Positions 38,195 through 47,467 of a DNA stretch of 64,000 nucleotides are shown one piece after another. Source of the DNA: Burkholderiales bacterium (GTDB lineage: Bacteria; Patescibacteriota; Minisyncoccia; Phycocordibacterales; UBA9973); assembly GCA_023701005.1 (NCBI GenBank), contig JAMPXW010000003.1, positions 9,148 to 73,147 of the forward strand. Reading direction: 5' to 3'. The notes beneath the pieces were generated by a model that searched no databases, was not told where the DNA came from, and saw nothing but the letters and a program-made list of their open reading frames with translations. The number at the start of each line of letters is the position of its first letter. Positions within the stretch are counted from its first letter, which is position 1. Both the position numbers and the translations under genes were made by a program.

Positions 38195-38779
38195 ATGAAA
38201 AAACATCTAGAAAAATTTGTATTATTCTTACATAAGAAATATAAGATAACTCCAGACATATTAACCTACATAAGAATATTTTCTGCACCGTGGATTGCTC
38301 TACTCATTTCAAAAGTTCTTTCTGGTAAAAGTCTAAGTCTGTCTATAATCACAATAGTTATTTATATTCTTGTAGTATCTACCGACTTATTGGATGGCAT
38401 ACTAGCTCGCGCCATATCAAAAACAAATGAGCATGATCATGCTCATGGAGGAATGCTCGATAGAATAGCAGACAAAATACTCATCATCACCTTACTCATT
38501 CCTTTTGGTTTAAATCTTTTTACTTTTCTAATCATCTTGGCTGAATCGATACTTCTCTTCCATGTCTTATTTGCTCCAAGTGAAGAAAAACAAGCACACA
38601 AAGCTGGCAAAATAAAAATGATTCTTCAAACTATACTCATACCAATATTAATATTGAATACAACCATTAACATAGCTCCAGAAATGTTGGTCTATATTTA
38701 TATCATAATCACGATCATCGCTTCTTTTGTATCAGTATATTCACACTACTCACATTACTTTTATATAAAAAATGACTAA
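38195..38779 (+). CDS. CDP-alcohol phosphatidyltransferase (PgsA-like)
   Basis: TPD.LT..R, TDLLDGILAR, G.MLD.IADK, GK.K...Q. Confidence 0.88.
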   Translation: MKKHLEKFVLFLHKKYKITPDILTYIRIFSAPWIALLISKVLSGKSLSLSIITIVIYILVVSTDLLDGILARAISKTNEHDHAHGGMLDRIADKILIITLLIPFGLNLFTFLIILAESILLFHVLFAPSEEKQAHKAGKIKMILQTILIPILILNTTINIAPEMLVYIYIIITIIASFVSVYSHYSHYFYIKND

Positions 38780-39749
38780 CTCTATAGCTTTCAATATTTG
38801 TAGCTTATTTAGAATATGCAAAAAAACTAAAATGCCTGGCACAATAGCAAGCTTTGTAGCTTTAATATTTTCTTTTCTCTCTTATTACTTTTTCAACAAA
38901 ACAATATATATCGTTTTGTTCTTCTTTATTTTATTCTTAAGCTTTTGGGCAATAAAAAAAGTACAAGAAAAAAATGGTGTATCAGACCATCAATGGATAG
39001 GAATAGATGAATGGATAGGAATGTGGATTGCAAATATGTTTTTATTTGAATTCACTTTCAATCTTACCCAAGCAATTATTTTTTCTATAGTCGCTTTCAT
39101 TATTTTTAGAATAATAGATATCTTTAAATTTATCCCTCCCCTCCAAACAATAAATAATGAAAAAAATCAGAATGCTTTCAATGTTATCTTCGATGACTTT
39201 ATCGGAGGAATATATACATACTTTTTTATGCTATTAATTTTAGGTATTTATGATCTAAATTATCTTTATGCTTCATTCATATTGCTTTTACCAGCAATGA
39301 TAGCAAATATGACACCGGTATTATTGAAAATAAACTTTTTGAATAAATCAATAAATGAAGAAGTTTTTGGTAAAAATAAGACTTGGCGTGGATTCATAGG
39401 AGCTATAATCGTCGGAACATTTTCTTACTTTTTATTAGTTAAATATAATTTAATAGAATCCGTAGATAACCTGACTTTCATACTTTTAATCGGATTTTTA
39501 TTTAGTTTTGGAGCTATTGGTGGAGATTTAATAAAATCATATTTCAAAAGAAAAATCGGTATAAAAGCAGGAGAAAGTTTTACCCCATGGGACCAAATCG
39601 ATTATGTTTTAGGTATCATATTACTAACTTATTTCATTTACCAATATTCATTCAGCCAAATAATCTTCTTACTCATATTGGGCGGAAGTATAAGTGCATT
39701 AACTCATAGGTTGGGGTTTTTAATTAAAATGACTAAAAATAAACAATAG
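38772..39749 (+). CDS. fusion: phosphatidylglycerophosphatase A (PgpA) + CarS/DUF46-like CDP-archaeol synthase domain
   Basis: N-term PGT.AS, IDEW.G, FR..DI.K, DD..GG; C-term PA.IANMTPV, FG.NKTWRG, GDL.KSYFKR..G...G, DQ.D. Confidence 0.78.
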   Translation: MTNSIAFNICSLFRICKKTKMPGTIASFVALIFSFLSYYFFNKTIYIVLFFFILFLSFWAIKKVQEKNGVSDHQWIGIDEWIGMWIANMFLFEFTFNLTQAIIFSIVAFIIFRIIDIFKFIPPLQTINNEKNQNAFNVIFDDFIGGIYTYFFMLLILGIYDLNYLYASFILLLPAMIANMTPVLLKINFLNKSINEEVFGKNKTWRGFIGAIIVGTFSYFLLVKYNLIESVDNLTFILLIGFLFSFGAIGGDLIKSYFKRKIGIKAGESFTPWDQIDYVLGIILLTYFIYQYSFSQIIFLLILGGSISALTHRLGFLIKMTKNKQ

Positions 39750-39754
39750 CTCGT

Positions 39755-40828
39755 TTATTTCGTAATCATATCTGTAAATTTATTGAATACTTTTATAGCA
39801 TTCTCAAAAGTGTTAAAACAAAAATCATAAAATAAATCTAGCAAATGAGTATTTCTCATCTTTGGAGAATATGTGACTGAATCTTTCTTCCAATTGTCTG
39901 CAACTAAGGAAAGTTCTTTAATCAATTCTTCATCTGTAAAAAATATTCCTGATTCAATATTCAAATCAAAAGAAATAATATCAATATTTTGTGAACCCAA
40001 TATTCCCTCTTCATCATCCACCAACATCATCTTGCTGTGTATCATCTCTTTAGTTAAGAAAAATTTGATATCATGCTTATAAAGCTTCTGCATATAGAAA
40101 TAATTTGGTACATTTGCTATCTTGGGATGATCAGCCATCTCCGGCATTATTATTTCTACATTCACTCCTCTTTTGGCTGCTTTCTTCAAAGATTTTATAA
40201 GCCATCGGTTTGGCATAAAATAAGGAGTGACAATCAAAATCTTATTTTTCGCCATATCTATTTTGTCGCGATAATATTTACTAAGTCTAAAAGAATTCCT
40301 CAAAGGAGAATGTTCGAAAAACCAAACCTTCCCTTTTGATGTGCGAAATTCCTTTTCATATTTTAAAACTAAGTGATCTTTACCTCCACAATATTTATAA
40401 AGTTTAGCAAAAGATTTGATAACATATTTAACAACTTTCCCTTCTATTCTTATCTGAAGATCATCCCATTTTTTATAAAATTTAGTTATATTTATTCCAC
40501 CTACATAAGCAATCTTTTCATCTATCACAAGAATCTTTCTATGTGTGTGGCGAAATAAAGTTTTAAAAAATAAAATCTCTACACCTGCATCTCTCAACTT
40601 TTTAATAGAATTTTCAGTAAATTCTGCACTTCCAAAAGAATCCATAACTAATTTGATAGATACTCCAGATAATGCCTTCTTTTGCAAAATTTCGATGAAA
40701 TCATGACTTTCTTCTGTATTATCAACAAAAGTATACATTTCAAAGAAAATAGAGCTCTTGGCCCTATTTATAGCTTGCAACATAGCGTCCCAAGCCTTTT
40801 CTGTCTTTGTATATATCTTGTAACGCAT
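39755..40828 (-). CDS. cardiolipin synthase / phospholipase D family
   Basis: Two HKD motifs HRKILVID and HSKMMLVD, TPYF. Confidence 0.88.
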   Translation of the reverse strand: MRYKIYTKTEKAWDAMLQAINRAKSSIFFEMYTFVDNTEESHDFIEILQKKALSGVSIKLVMDSFGSAEFTENSIKKLRDAGVEILFFKTLFRHTHRKILVIDEKIAYVGGINITKFYKKWDDLQIRIEGKVVKYVIKSFAKLYKYCGGKDHLVLKYEKEFRTSKGKVWFFEHSPLRNSFRLSKYYRDKIDMAKNKILIVTPYFMPNRWLIKSLKKAAKRGVNVEIIMPEMADHPKIANVPNYFYMQKLYKHDIKFFLTKEMIHSKMMLVDDEEGILGSQNIDIISFDLNIESGIFFTDEELIKELSLVADNWKKDSVTYSPKMRNTHLLDLFYDFCFNTFENAIKVFNKFTDMITK

Positions 40829-40918
40829 ATAGATCTATATTATACCTTTTACTAGATTTTGTTCAAAACAGCAAATTTGCATTTTAAAAAAAATAATATA
40901 GAATATTCTATATTGGTT

Positions 40919-40992
40919 GGGCCCTTAGCTCATCTGGCTAGAGCGCCTCATTTGCAATGAGGAGGTGGCAGGTTCGAGTCCTGTAGGGTCCA
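40919..40992 (+). tRNA. tRNA-Ala(TGC)
   Basis: GGGCCCT acceptor, CCTCA-TTTGCAA-TGAGG anticodon arm, GGTTCGAGTCC. Confidence 0.95.
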
Positions 40993-41169
40993 CGCGTAAA
41001 AAAAGAGTTCCACAAAGTGGGACTCTTTTTGCGTGAACCCTAAGTAAGCAAACTGCTTTGCTTACGTCAGGACGAGAAAAGCTTTTTGTTATAAATTGGG
41101 ATTTAATAATCCTAATTTATCTAAAAGGTATACTGGTCATGTAATGACCGAGATTCCTGTAGGGTCCAC
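40979..41169. mobile_element. tRNA-Ala 3'-anchored mini-element bounded by 15-bp direct repeats
   Basis: tcctgtagggtccac at 40979-40993 and 41155-41169; multiple internal hairpins. Confidence 0.7.
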
Positions 41170-41258
41170 AAAAAGAAAAAGCGTGAATAATTTTATTTTC
41201 ACGCTTTTTTATTTTAATAAAAATGCAAATTTAAAGAGGCAGTTTTCTGCCTCTTTTC

Positions 41259-41900
41259 TTAATTATAACTAGACAACTTTAACTTTAATTTATTAAGAAT
41301 ACGCGAATGAAGTTGGGAAACCCTAGAGATTGTTATACTCAGAACTTGAGCAATATCTTTGTAGTTCAGACATTCATAATAATACAAAGAAAGTACTGTT
41401 CTTTCTCTTTCGTCCAATTCTTTAATTAACTCCAGCATTCTCTTTTTTAACTCTTTTTTCTCTAAAATTAAATCTGGTTTTAAAGAAGAAAAATCCTCTA
41501 AAACTTGATAGAGTTGCAAACCATCAGGATCACCAACCTCAACTGAATGGTTAAGAGAAAAATTAGATGTTGGAAATATTGTCGTTGCATATACATCAAA
41601 TTCTTCTTGCTTAGGAAAATATTTACGAATATTATCAAGTATTTCACCTCTAATTCTTTGAATGGCATAAGTTTCAAACTTTGTGCCATGGTCTGGGTCA
41701 AATCTATCAACCGCTTCACTTAAACCCTCAATTCCAAACTGAAAATAATCTTGTCTTTCTAATAAAACAGTAGGAATCAAATTTGCTTTATTAATTATAT
41801 AATGGACCAAATTCTGATACCGCAAAATTATTTCCTTTTTTAATTTAGGGGTTGGATTCTTTTTATAAGAAGCCCAAAGCTCTTGATTAATGGTGTCCAT
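41259..41900 (-). CDS. FliA/WhiG-like (sigma-28 type) RNA polymerase sigma factor
   Basis: LW..Y, D..Q.G..GL.EAVDRFDP, FETYA.QRIRG.ILD, LSLYYYE.L...I..VL.I..SRVSQLH; AGGAG SD before MDTIN. Confidence 0.85.
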   Translation of the reverse strand: MDTINQELWASYKKNPTPKLKKEIILRYQNLVHYIINKANLIPTVLLERQDYFQFGIEGLSEAVDRFDPDHGTKFETYAIQRIRGEILDNIRKYFPKQEEFDVYATTIFPTSNFSLNHSVEVGDPDGLQLYQVLEDFSSLKPDLILEKKELKKRMLELIKELDERERTVLSLYYYECLNYKDIAQVLSITISRVSQLHSRILNKLKLKLSSYN

Positions 41901-42127
41901 TTTAATACTCCTTTTGGCTGGTTTTTGTATTTTTTTTATAAATTTACTAAATATATCTGATATAAATATAACATACAAAAGCTGTTTAGTCAAAACAAAA
42001 GCCCACCTTGCGGTGGGCTTTTGCGGCACTTATGTTGTTTACGATAAATGTAAGTTTTACCTCACACTCACAAAAAGAGTATAGCATACTTGAAATAAAA
42101 AAGCAAGTCTGGTAAGATAATACCGGT

Positions 42128-42428
42128 CCTGTATTGAATAGTTGCGCTCCGGCCTCGGCTGGAGTGAGGAAAGTCCGAACACATAGTCTCGGCTTAGGCC
42201 TTAGACAAGCGTAGTGGGTAACGCCCATCGGGAGCAATCCCAGAGTTGAGAACAGTGACGAACCGATTTAGTTCGGGTGAAACGGCAAAATACTTACGTG
42301 TGTGCAAGATCGTGTTCTGCGAAGCTTCATGCGAAGCAGAAAGAATCGCTTGAGCCCGAGCGTAAGCGAGGGCCTAGACAAATAACTATTGCCTTTATTG
42401 GTACAGAATTCGGCTTATAGATACAAGG
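42128..42428 (+). ncRNA. rnpB: RNase P RNA (compact)
   Basis: GAGGAAAGTCC, GGGTGAAACGG, ACAGAATTCGGCTTA; cctgtat/atacaagg P1. Confidence 0.92.
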
Positions 42429-42439
42429 CTCACATATGA

Positions 42440-42466
42440 AAAATCCTCTCGCAAGAGAGGATTTTT
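42440..42466. terminator. bidirectional terminator between rnpB and the RNR gene
   Basis: aaaatcctctc-gcaa-gagaggatttt. Confidence 0.8.
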
Positions 42467-42483
42467 CTATTTTAAATTAACAT

Positions 42484-44850
42484 TTATTCTTTAGCTCCAT
42501 CTACCTTATCTTTCTTCCCTTCTTCTGCTAATATATCGTCGATAGAACAAACTCCTGAGACACAAGCAAACTCTTTGGCTCCTACAGTATTGTCTTCTTG
42601 CTCGTAATAAACAAGTTTAGAAAAATCAATATGTTTTATTTCTTTCATTCTATTTGCATATTCTTCTTTTGAAATCTCTTCATAAGGAGCGAGCTGATAA
42701 ACATGCTCTGAACGAGGAAGGAAAGAAAGTCCTCCTACTATATCCCAATTTTCATAAATAAAGTTCGCAACTTTTATCCATTCATCTTCTCCGACATAAA
42801 TAGTGACTGAAGGATTGTGTTCAATATAATTTATTTTTAATCTCTTCCATTCATTCAACAAATCAATTGCTGATACTTGGTCGCGAGTCACAGCTCCTTC
42901 TGGGGCTTTTATCGGAAATTCAACAACAGCAACTGTAGAATTTGCAGTAGAATATCCAACTTCAGCTTTGAAAGGCACGCCTTGATCTTTTATCAATTGG
43001 AAAAGAGGATCGTTGGTAGAAATACGAACACGTCTAATATAATATTTTGCATACCATGGATGCATTCCTGATCCGACATAAAGAAGTTGTCCTGAATTAC
43101 CATGAGGCTTGATAGTGGTTATGCATGTAGAACTATTTATACCAAACTTTTTTGCAAATTCTTTATTTACTTTTATTGATTCTTCTCTAAGATCTGACAA
43201 AACTTTATCTGTTCTTATAGTTTTATTGTCGTAATATCCAGTAATAGAAACTCCAAGCAAAGCTTCTTCATCACAATTATTTTTCCATTCTTTAGATAAA
43301 TAACCGAAGTTGGTCAAAGTAGCTTGATAAGTACCTAATATAGTAGAAAGTCTAACTTTCCTCTTCAAATCAGCTACAGTGTCTCTAGGACGCACTACAA
43401 TAGATGTAAGATTACAGAATTGTTTAGAGCGTAGTGTAATCTCTCCACACGGATTTGAACCAGGTAAATCTACAATCGTATTTTGATCATCTATTATTCC
43501 AGCTTTCTTCCAATTGTCTATTCGACGTTTTGGAAGCTGAGTCATAAGACCACCTCTATTGAAGATACCTCTCTCTCCTGTGCCTGATTTGATCAATTCT
43601 ATCCATTCATTCAAAAATTCTGAAGCTGAAGGTTTTTGATTATATACAGCAGAATTATTTGCCATACTACGCTGACCATTGTCTACCCAAAATTGTCCTT
43701 GTTTAGACTTACGCATTGATTCATCATCAATATCTGACAAAGAGATAAGGGCACTACGACGTACACCACCCGCAACGACGATCAGACCAATCTGGCAAAC
43801 GATATCATGAAGATCTAAGTTTGTAAGACGTTTACCTTGTCTAGCTAAGATTTTCTTTTTTGTAAAATTAATCAAATCGATAAGTGGTTGCGGACCTGAA
43901 GCTCTTCCTCCAGCTACTTTCAACCTTGCTCCTGATGGACGAATTTTACTGAAATCAAAATCTACATCATAACCATCCGCCCAAGCTTTACATCCCAACA
44001 CATATGCATCCGCCCAACCTTCTTTGCTATCAGCTACTACATGAGTAGCAAGCTTCTTGCCTGTTTGTCTTTTTATTTGTGGAAACTTTTGAACTGTCTC
44101 TGATTCAACAGAAAAACCCAACCCTGCTCCACACATAAGTATATACATTATCTCTCCCAAATCTTGCCAAGCTGAAGGTGCTACGTAAGAACAATTGTAA
44201 GCCCACACATTCGTCTTGTCACAAGCTTCACCTGCAGACCAAAGCAATCGCATTGATGGACAAACTTCTTGTTTTAAAATTGCTTCTCTAACATCTGAGT
44301 AATCTTTCGTAGACATTTTGTTGCCAAGATTTTTCTTCATGTAGGCCATAAAACGGTCAATCGTCTCTATCCATGTTTCTCTTCTTCCTAAACCATCTTG
44401 CCATTTTGAATATGTTCTATAAAAAATAAATTCTTCATATGAACTAACAAAGTAAGAACTTGAATCATCAAAGACTTTTTTACTCTCTGTTGGTATTATG
44501 CCTACTTCTTTTCTCAATTCTGCTCTTTTTGATCTATATAAAATATAAGATTTAGCAGTGGTATGGTATCCCATATCCATTAAAAGAGCTTCAACTAAAT
44601 CTTGTATCATTTCTACTGTTGGAGTGAAATTTTTATCAGTGCTTTTAGATTTTATTTGAATTAATTTATAAAAAACTTTTGTTGCAACATCTTTCGCTTC
44701 TTTTTTCTCTCCTTCTTTCGTCTCAATAAAAGCTTTATATACAGCATCCGCTATCTTATTTATATTGAAAGGAATAATTTCTCCTTCACGATTACGAACA
44801 TTTTTAATCTTGTTTAATTCTTTTTTGCCCAAAATAAAATCTTTTTCCAT
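42484..44850 (-). CDS. nrdJ: class II (B12-dependent, RTPR-type) ribonucleotide reductase with ATP cone
   Basis: ATP cone, NCSY, GGVRRSA, NPCGE, TIKPHG, EHNPSVT, C-terminal CxxGxC. Confidence 0.9.
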   Translation of the reverse strand: MEKDFILGKKELNKIKNVRNREGEIIPFNINKIADAVYKAFIETKEGEKKEAKDVATKVFYKLIQIKSKSTDKNFTPTVEMIQDLVEALLMDMGYHTTAKSYILYRSKRAELRKEVGIIPTESKKVFDDSSSYFVSSYEEFIFYRTYSKWQDGLGRRETWIETIDRFMAYMKKNLGNKMSTKDYSDVREAILKQEVCPSMRLLWSAGEACDKTNVWAYNCSYVAPSAWQDLGEIMYILMCGAGLGFSVESETVQKFPQIKRQTGKKLATHVVADSKEGWADAYVLGCKAWADGYDVDFDFSKIRPSGARLKVAGGRASGPQPLIDLINFTKKKILARQGKRLTNLDLHDIVCQIGLIVVAGGVRRSALISLSDIDDESMRKSKQGQFWVDNGQRSMANNSAVYNQKPSASEFLNEWIELIKSGTGERGIFNRGGLMTQLPKRRIDNWKKAGIIDDQNTIVDLPGSNPCGEITLRSKQFCNLTSIVVRPRDTVADLKRKVRLSTILGTYQATLTNFGYLSKEWKNNCDEEALLGVSITGYYDNKTIRTDKVLSDLREESIKVNKEFAKKFGINSSTCITTIKPHGNSGQLLYVGSGMHPWYAKYYIRRVRISTNDPLFQLIKDQGVPFKAEVGYSTANSTVAVVEFPIKAPEGAVTRDQVSAIDLLNEWKRLKINYIEHNPSVTIYVGEDEWIKVANFIYENWDIVGGLSFLPRSEHVYQLAPYEEISKEEYANRMKEIKHIDFSKLVYYEQEDNTVGAKEFACVSGVCSIDDILAEEGKKDKVDGAKE

Positions 44851-44970
44851 AGCATGATTATACACAACTTCTGATAGATAAAACTAGTGGAAAACAGACA
44901 AAAATCTCACAAAAAAACAGTTAAAAATAACTGTAAATAGCATTCCTCTTAGAGGCTGAAATGGCAAGCT

Positions 44971-45447
44971 TTAAGAGGCCAAAAATTTCACAAAATCTCC
45001 GACTTTTAAATTATTCTTTTCAGAAAACAAGCTATTAACTTCCAAAACATACCTGGCTTTCTTATTTGGGAAAAATGTTTCTGGGTATGATTCTGGTGTC
45101 GCATTTTCTTTAATATAAACAACTCGAAAATCTTCATCAATCCAAATTATATCAATAGCAAAATTCATATCTTTCATCCAAAAAGGATATTCATCAGAAT
45201 AATTAAAAACAAAAAGTAATCCCTCGTCTTTTTTTAATTCTTTTCTACCAGAAAGACCTTTCTCCCATCTGTCTGGAGTAGAAGCTGTCTCTACTTTCAG
45301 AGTTTCTCCCGCAATTTTTACATATTTTATAGTATTTACATCATTTCTCGTTGTCCAAGTTTTATTTGGAGACGCAAAAAAGAATATTGTAACAATAAAT
45401 GTCACAACTATCACAAAATAAAAGAGATTTTTATTTATGTTCTCCAT
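44971..45447 (-). CDS. DUF192 family protein
   Basis: GLSGR..L..DEG.LFVF, FWMKDM.F.IDII, YVLEV. Confidence 0.88.
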   Translation of the reverse strand: MENINKNLFYFVIVVTFIVTIFFFASPNKTWTTRNDVNTIKYVKIAGETLKVETASTPDRWEKGLSGRKELKKDEGLLFVFNYSDEYPFWMKDMNFAIDIIWIDEDFRVVYIKENATPESYPETFFPNKKARYVLEVNSLFSEKNNLKVGDFVKFLAS

Positions 45448-46837
45448 TCCATCCAAAAAGTTTCCCTATTTCTTCTGCTGTTTGTCTCTTGCGAGATAAT
45501 TTGACTGCACCATTTTGACAAACGACGAGTGCTGGTTTGGAAAGTAAACAATGATTGTTACCTAAAGTATATTGATATGAACCTGTATCAAAAGCTACCA
45601 AATATAAATCTGTCATCTCTTCTGTAAATTTTGGAAGTAAAACATAATTACCCGAAGAAGTGTATCTATCATCAGAATCACAGGTAGAACCTGCAAGCCA
45701 AACTTTTTGCAAACGGCGAGCATTCAAATGATTGGCTGTGACAAAATGCCATTTGTGATGCACAGGAGACCATGTATCTGTAAGATGAGAAATAAAACTA
45801 CCATCAATAAAATACCATTTCGTGTCTGCTTTTTTAAAAATAGCTTTTTCTCCTAATATCTTAAAAATCGTTATCTGAGATGGAGCGGTAAAATAACTTC
45901 CCCATTCACAAACGAGGTTGGGATGTTTTACTCCGAGCTTATCACTTTCTTTCTTTGCCACCTTTATCATTTGATTAACTAAATTCTTAACTGAAATTAG
46001 TTTCTTTCTTTTTTCATAAGGCACAGCCATACCTCCACCGAAATTTATAGTATCCAAATTTGGATTATGTTGTTTTAATTTTGCATAAAGTTCTATCGCC
46101 CTCTTTAAAGGTTTTATAAAGCCTTCTATCTTCTCATTCTGTGTAGAAATATGATAATGCAGCATAGAAAGATTTCTAACCTTGCCTATCTTCGCCAATT
46201 CATCTTCATCAAAACCAAAATGGTTATATTTCTTATCCCAATGCGCATCAACTTTCAAATCAAGATTTACCCTCAAGCCTACTTCACCTTTAAATTTCTT
46301 GAGTCTTTCCAGTTCACCACTATTTTCTATTATAGGAATAATTAACAAACCCTTGCCTCGAAGCTCTTCGATAAGACTTATGTATTGATCTGTCTTAGGA
46401 CCGTTACAAGTGACTCTAATTTTGCGATTAAATTTATCTTGCTCCAACATCTTTTTAACCAAAGAAAGCTCATTGGCTGAAGAAACCTCAATATGAGCTC
46501 CTTCTGCAATAGCAGGCAAAACAAATTCACGACTCTGATTTGATTTCATCACATAATGGTAATAAAATTTACCTTTGTAATTTAAAATCTTTATATAAGC
46601 ATTAAAAAGTTCTATAAGATCTCGTACTCTGTTCTCAAGAATAAACGGGAAAAATACTTCGGTCACTGTTCCGTATCTTTTTACTATATCCATTATGTTG
46701 TATTGATAGTACCCTTCCTTAACTACCAATTCTCCATTTGCATTTACATCAAAATATTGGGTATTGAATTCATCTTCGCCGAGTTTCCAAAATTTCTTCA
46801 AATTCTTGCTCTGTTTTTTTGTTTTTTTGTTCGCCAT
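45431..46837 (-). CDS. PLP-dependent Orn/Arg/DAP decarboxylase family protein
   Basis: YVMKSN, NFGGG, CEWG, AGSTCDSDD, DTGSY. Confidence 0.8.
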   Translation of the reverse strand: MANKKTKKQSKNLKKFWKLGEDEFNTQYFDVNANGELVVKEGYYQYNIMDIVKRYGTVTEVFFPFILENRVRDLIELFNAYIKILNYKGKFYYHYVMKSNQSREFVLPAIAEGAHIEVSSANELSLVKKMLEQDKFNRKIRVTCNGPKTDQYISLIEELRGKGLLIIPIIENSGELERLKKFKGEVGLRVNLDLKVDAHWDKKYNHFGFDEDELAKIGKVRNLSMLHYHISTQNEKIEGFIKPLKRAIELYAKLKQHNPNLDTINFGGGMAVPYEKRKKLISVKNLVNQMIKVAKKESDKLGVKHPNLVCEWGSYFTAPSQITIFKILGEKAIFKKADTKWYFIDGSFISHLTDTWSPVHHKWHFVTANHLNARRLQKVWLAGSTCDSDDRYTSSGNYVLLPKFTEEMTDLYLVAFDTGSYQYTLGNNHCLLSKPALVVCQNGAVKLSRKRQTAEEIGKLFGWNGEHK

Positions 46838-46923
46838 TTAATTGAAAATAATTATACCAGTTTCTCTAGAAAATGCAAAGAAAATAAAAATGGCGACTTT
46901 TTACAGTCGCCTATTCCCAAAGA

Positions 46924-47370
46924 TTAATCTCTGTTTAATTTTAAACCTTCATCGTTATGATAAGGCCTCACTTTTTCGAGCTCTTCTTCTCTCGCTATCT
47001 TAAAACAAAGATAGCTAAAATAAAAAACATACAAAAATAGCAAAACAACACCAACGACTTTAAAGTTTTGATAAGACAATATTTCATTCATGAAATAAAT
47101 ATTTCTTTCATTGAACATCATGAATATTCCTATAAAAATTGTAACAACAGAAATTATTCTGGAATGTTCAAACTTCTTTATTCCTATCAAAACAACAAAT
47201 GATAAAAATATAGAAAAACCTGTCATCAAAACCAATGTTACTAATTCTGCCTTAAAATCATTTACAAACATAGTTATAATTAATATAACTGTCGCAAATA
47301 TCATAAAAAAAGCAACAGCATTAAACATTAGTTGAATAAAAAAAGTTTTGTCTCTTTTAAAATGTTCCAT
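46924..47370 (-). CDS. hypothetical membrane protein
   Basis: Four hydrophobic segments, GGAGG SD upstream. Confidence 0.55.
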   Translation of the reverse strand: MEHFKRDKTFFIQLMFNAVAFFMIFATVILIITMFVNDFKAELVTLVLMTGFSIFLSFVVLIGIKKFEHSRIISVVTIFIGIFMMFNERNIYFMNEILSYQNFKVVGVVLLFLYVFYFSYLCFKIAREEELEKVRPYHNDEGLKLNRD

Positions 47371-47467
47371 TTACGCCTCCCTGGCTTTTATGTTGTGATT
47401 TTTAGTAAATTATTTAAGAACTTATTTTTATATAAAATACATCCAAAAGCATCTTTTGTCAAATAAA

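Noticed and set aside
41901-42237. ORF 41986-42237 and upstream extension of the sigma factor
   Set aside because: The ORF is antisense to rnpB and crosses a hairpin; the SD supports the sigma start at 41900.
44851-44970. Cobalamin riboswitch or NrdR boxes upstream of the class II RNR
   Set aside because: No B12 box or convincing NrdR palindrome; region is short and AT-rich.
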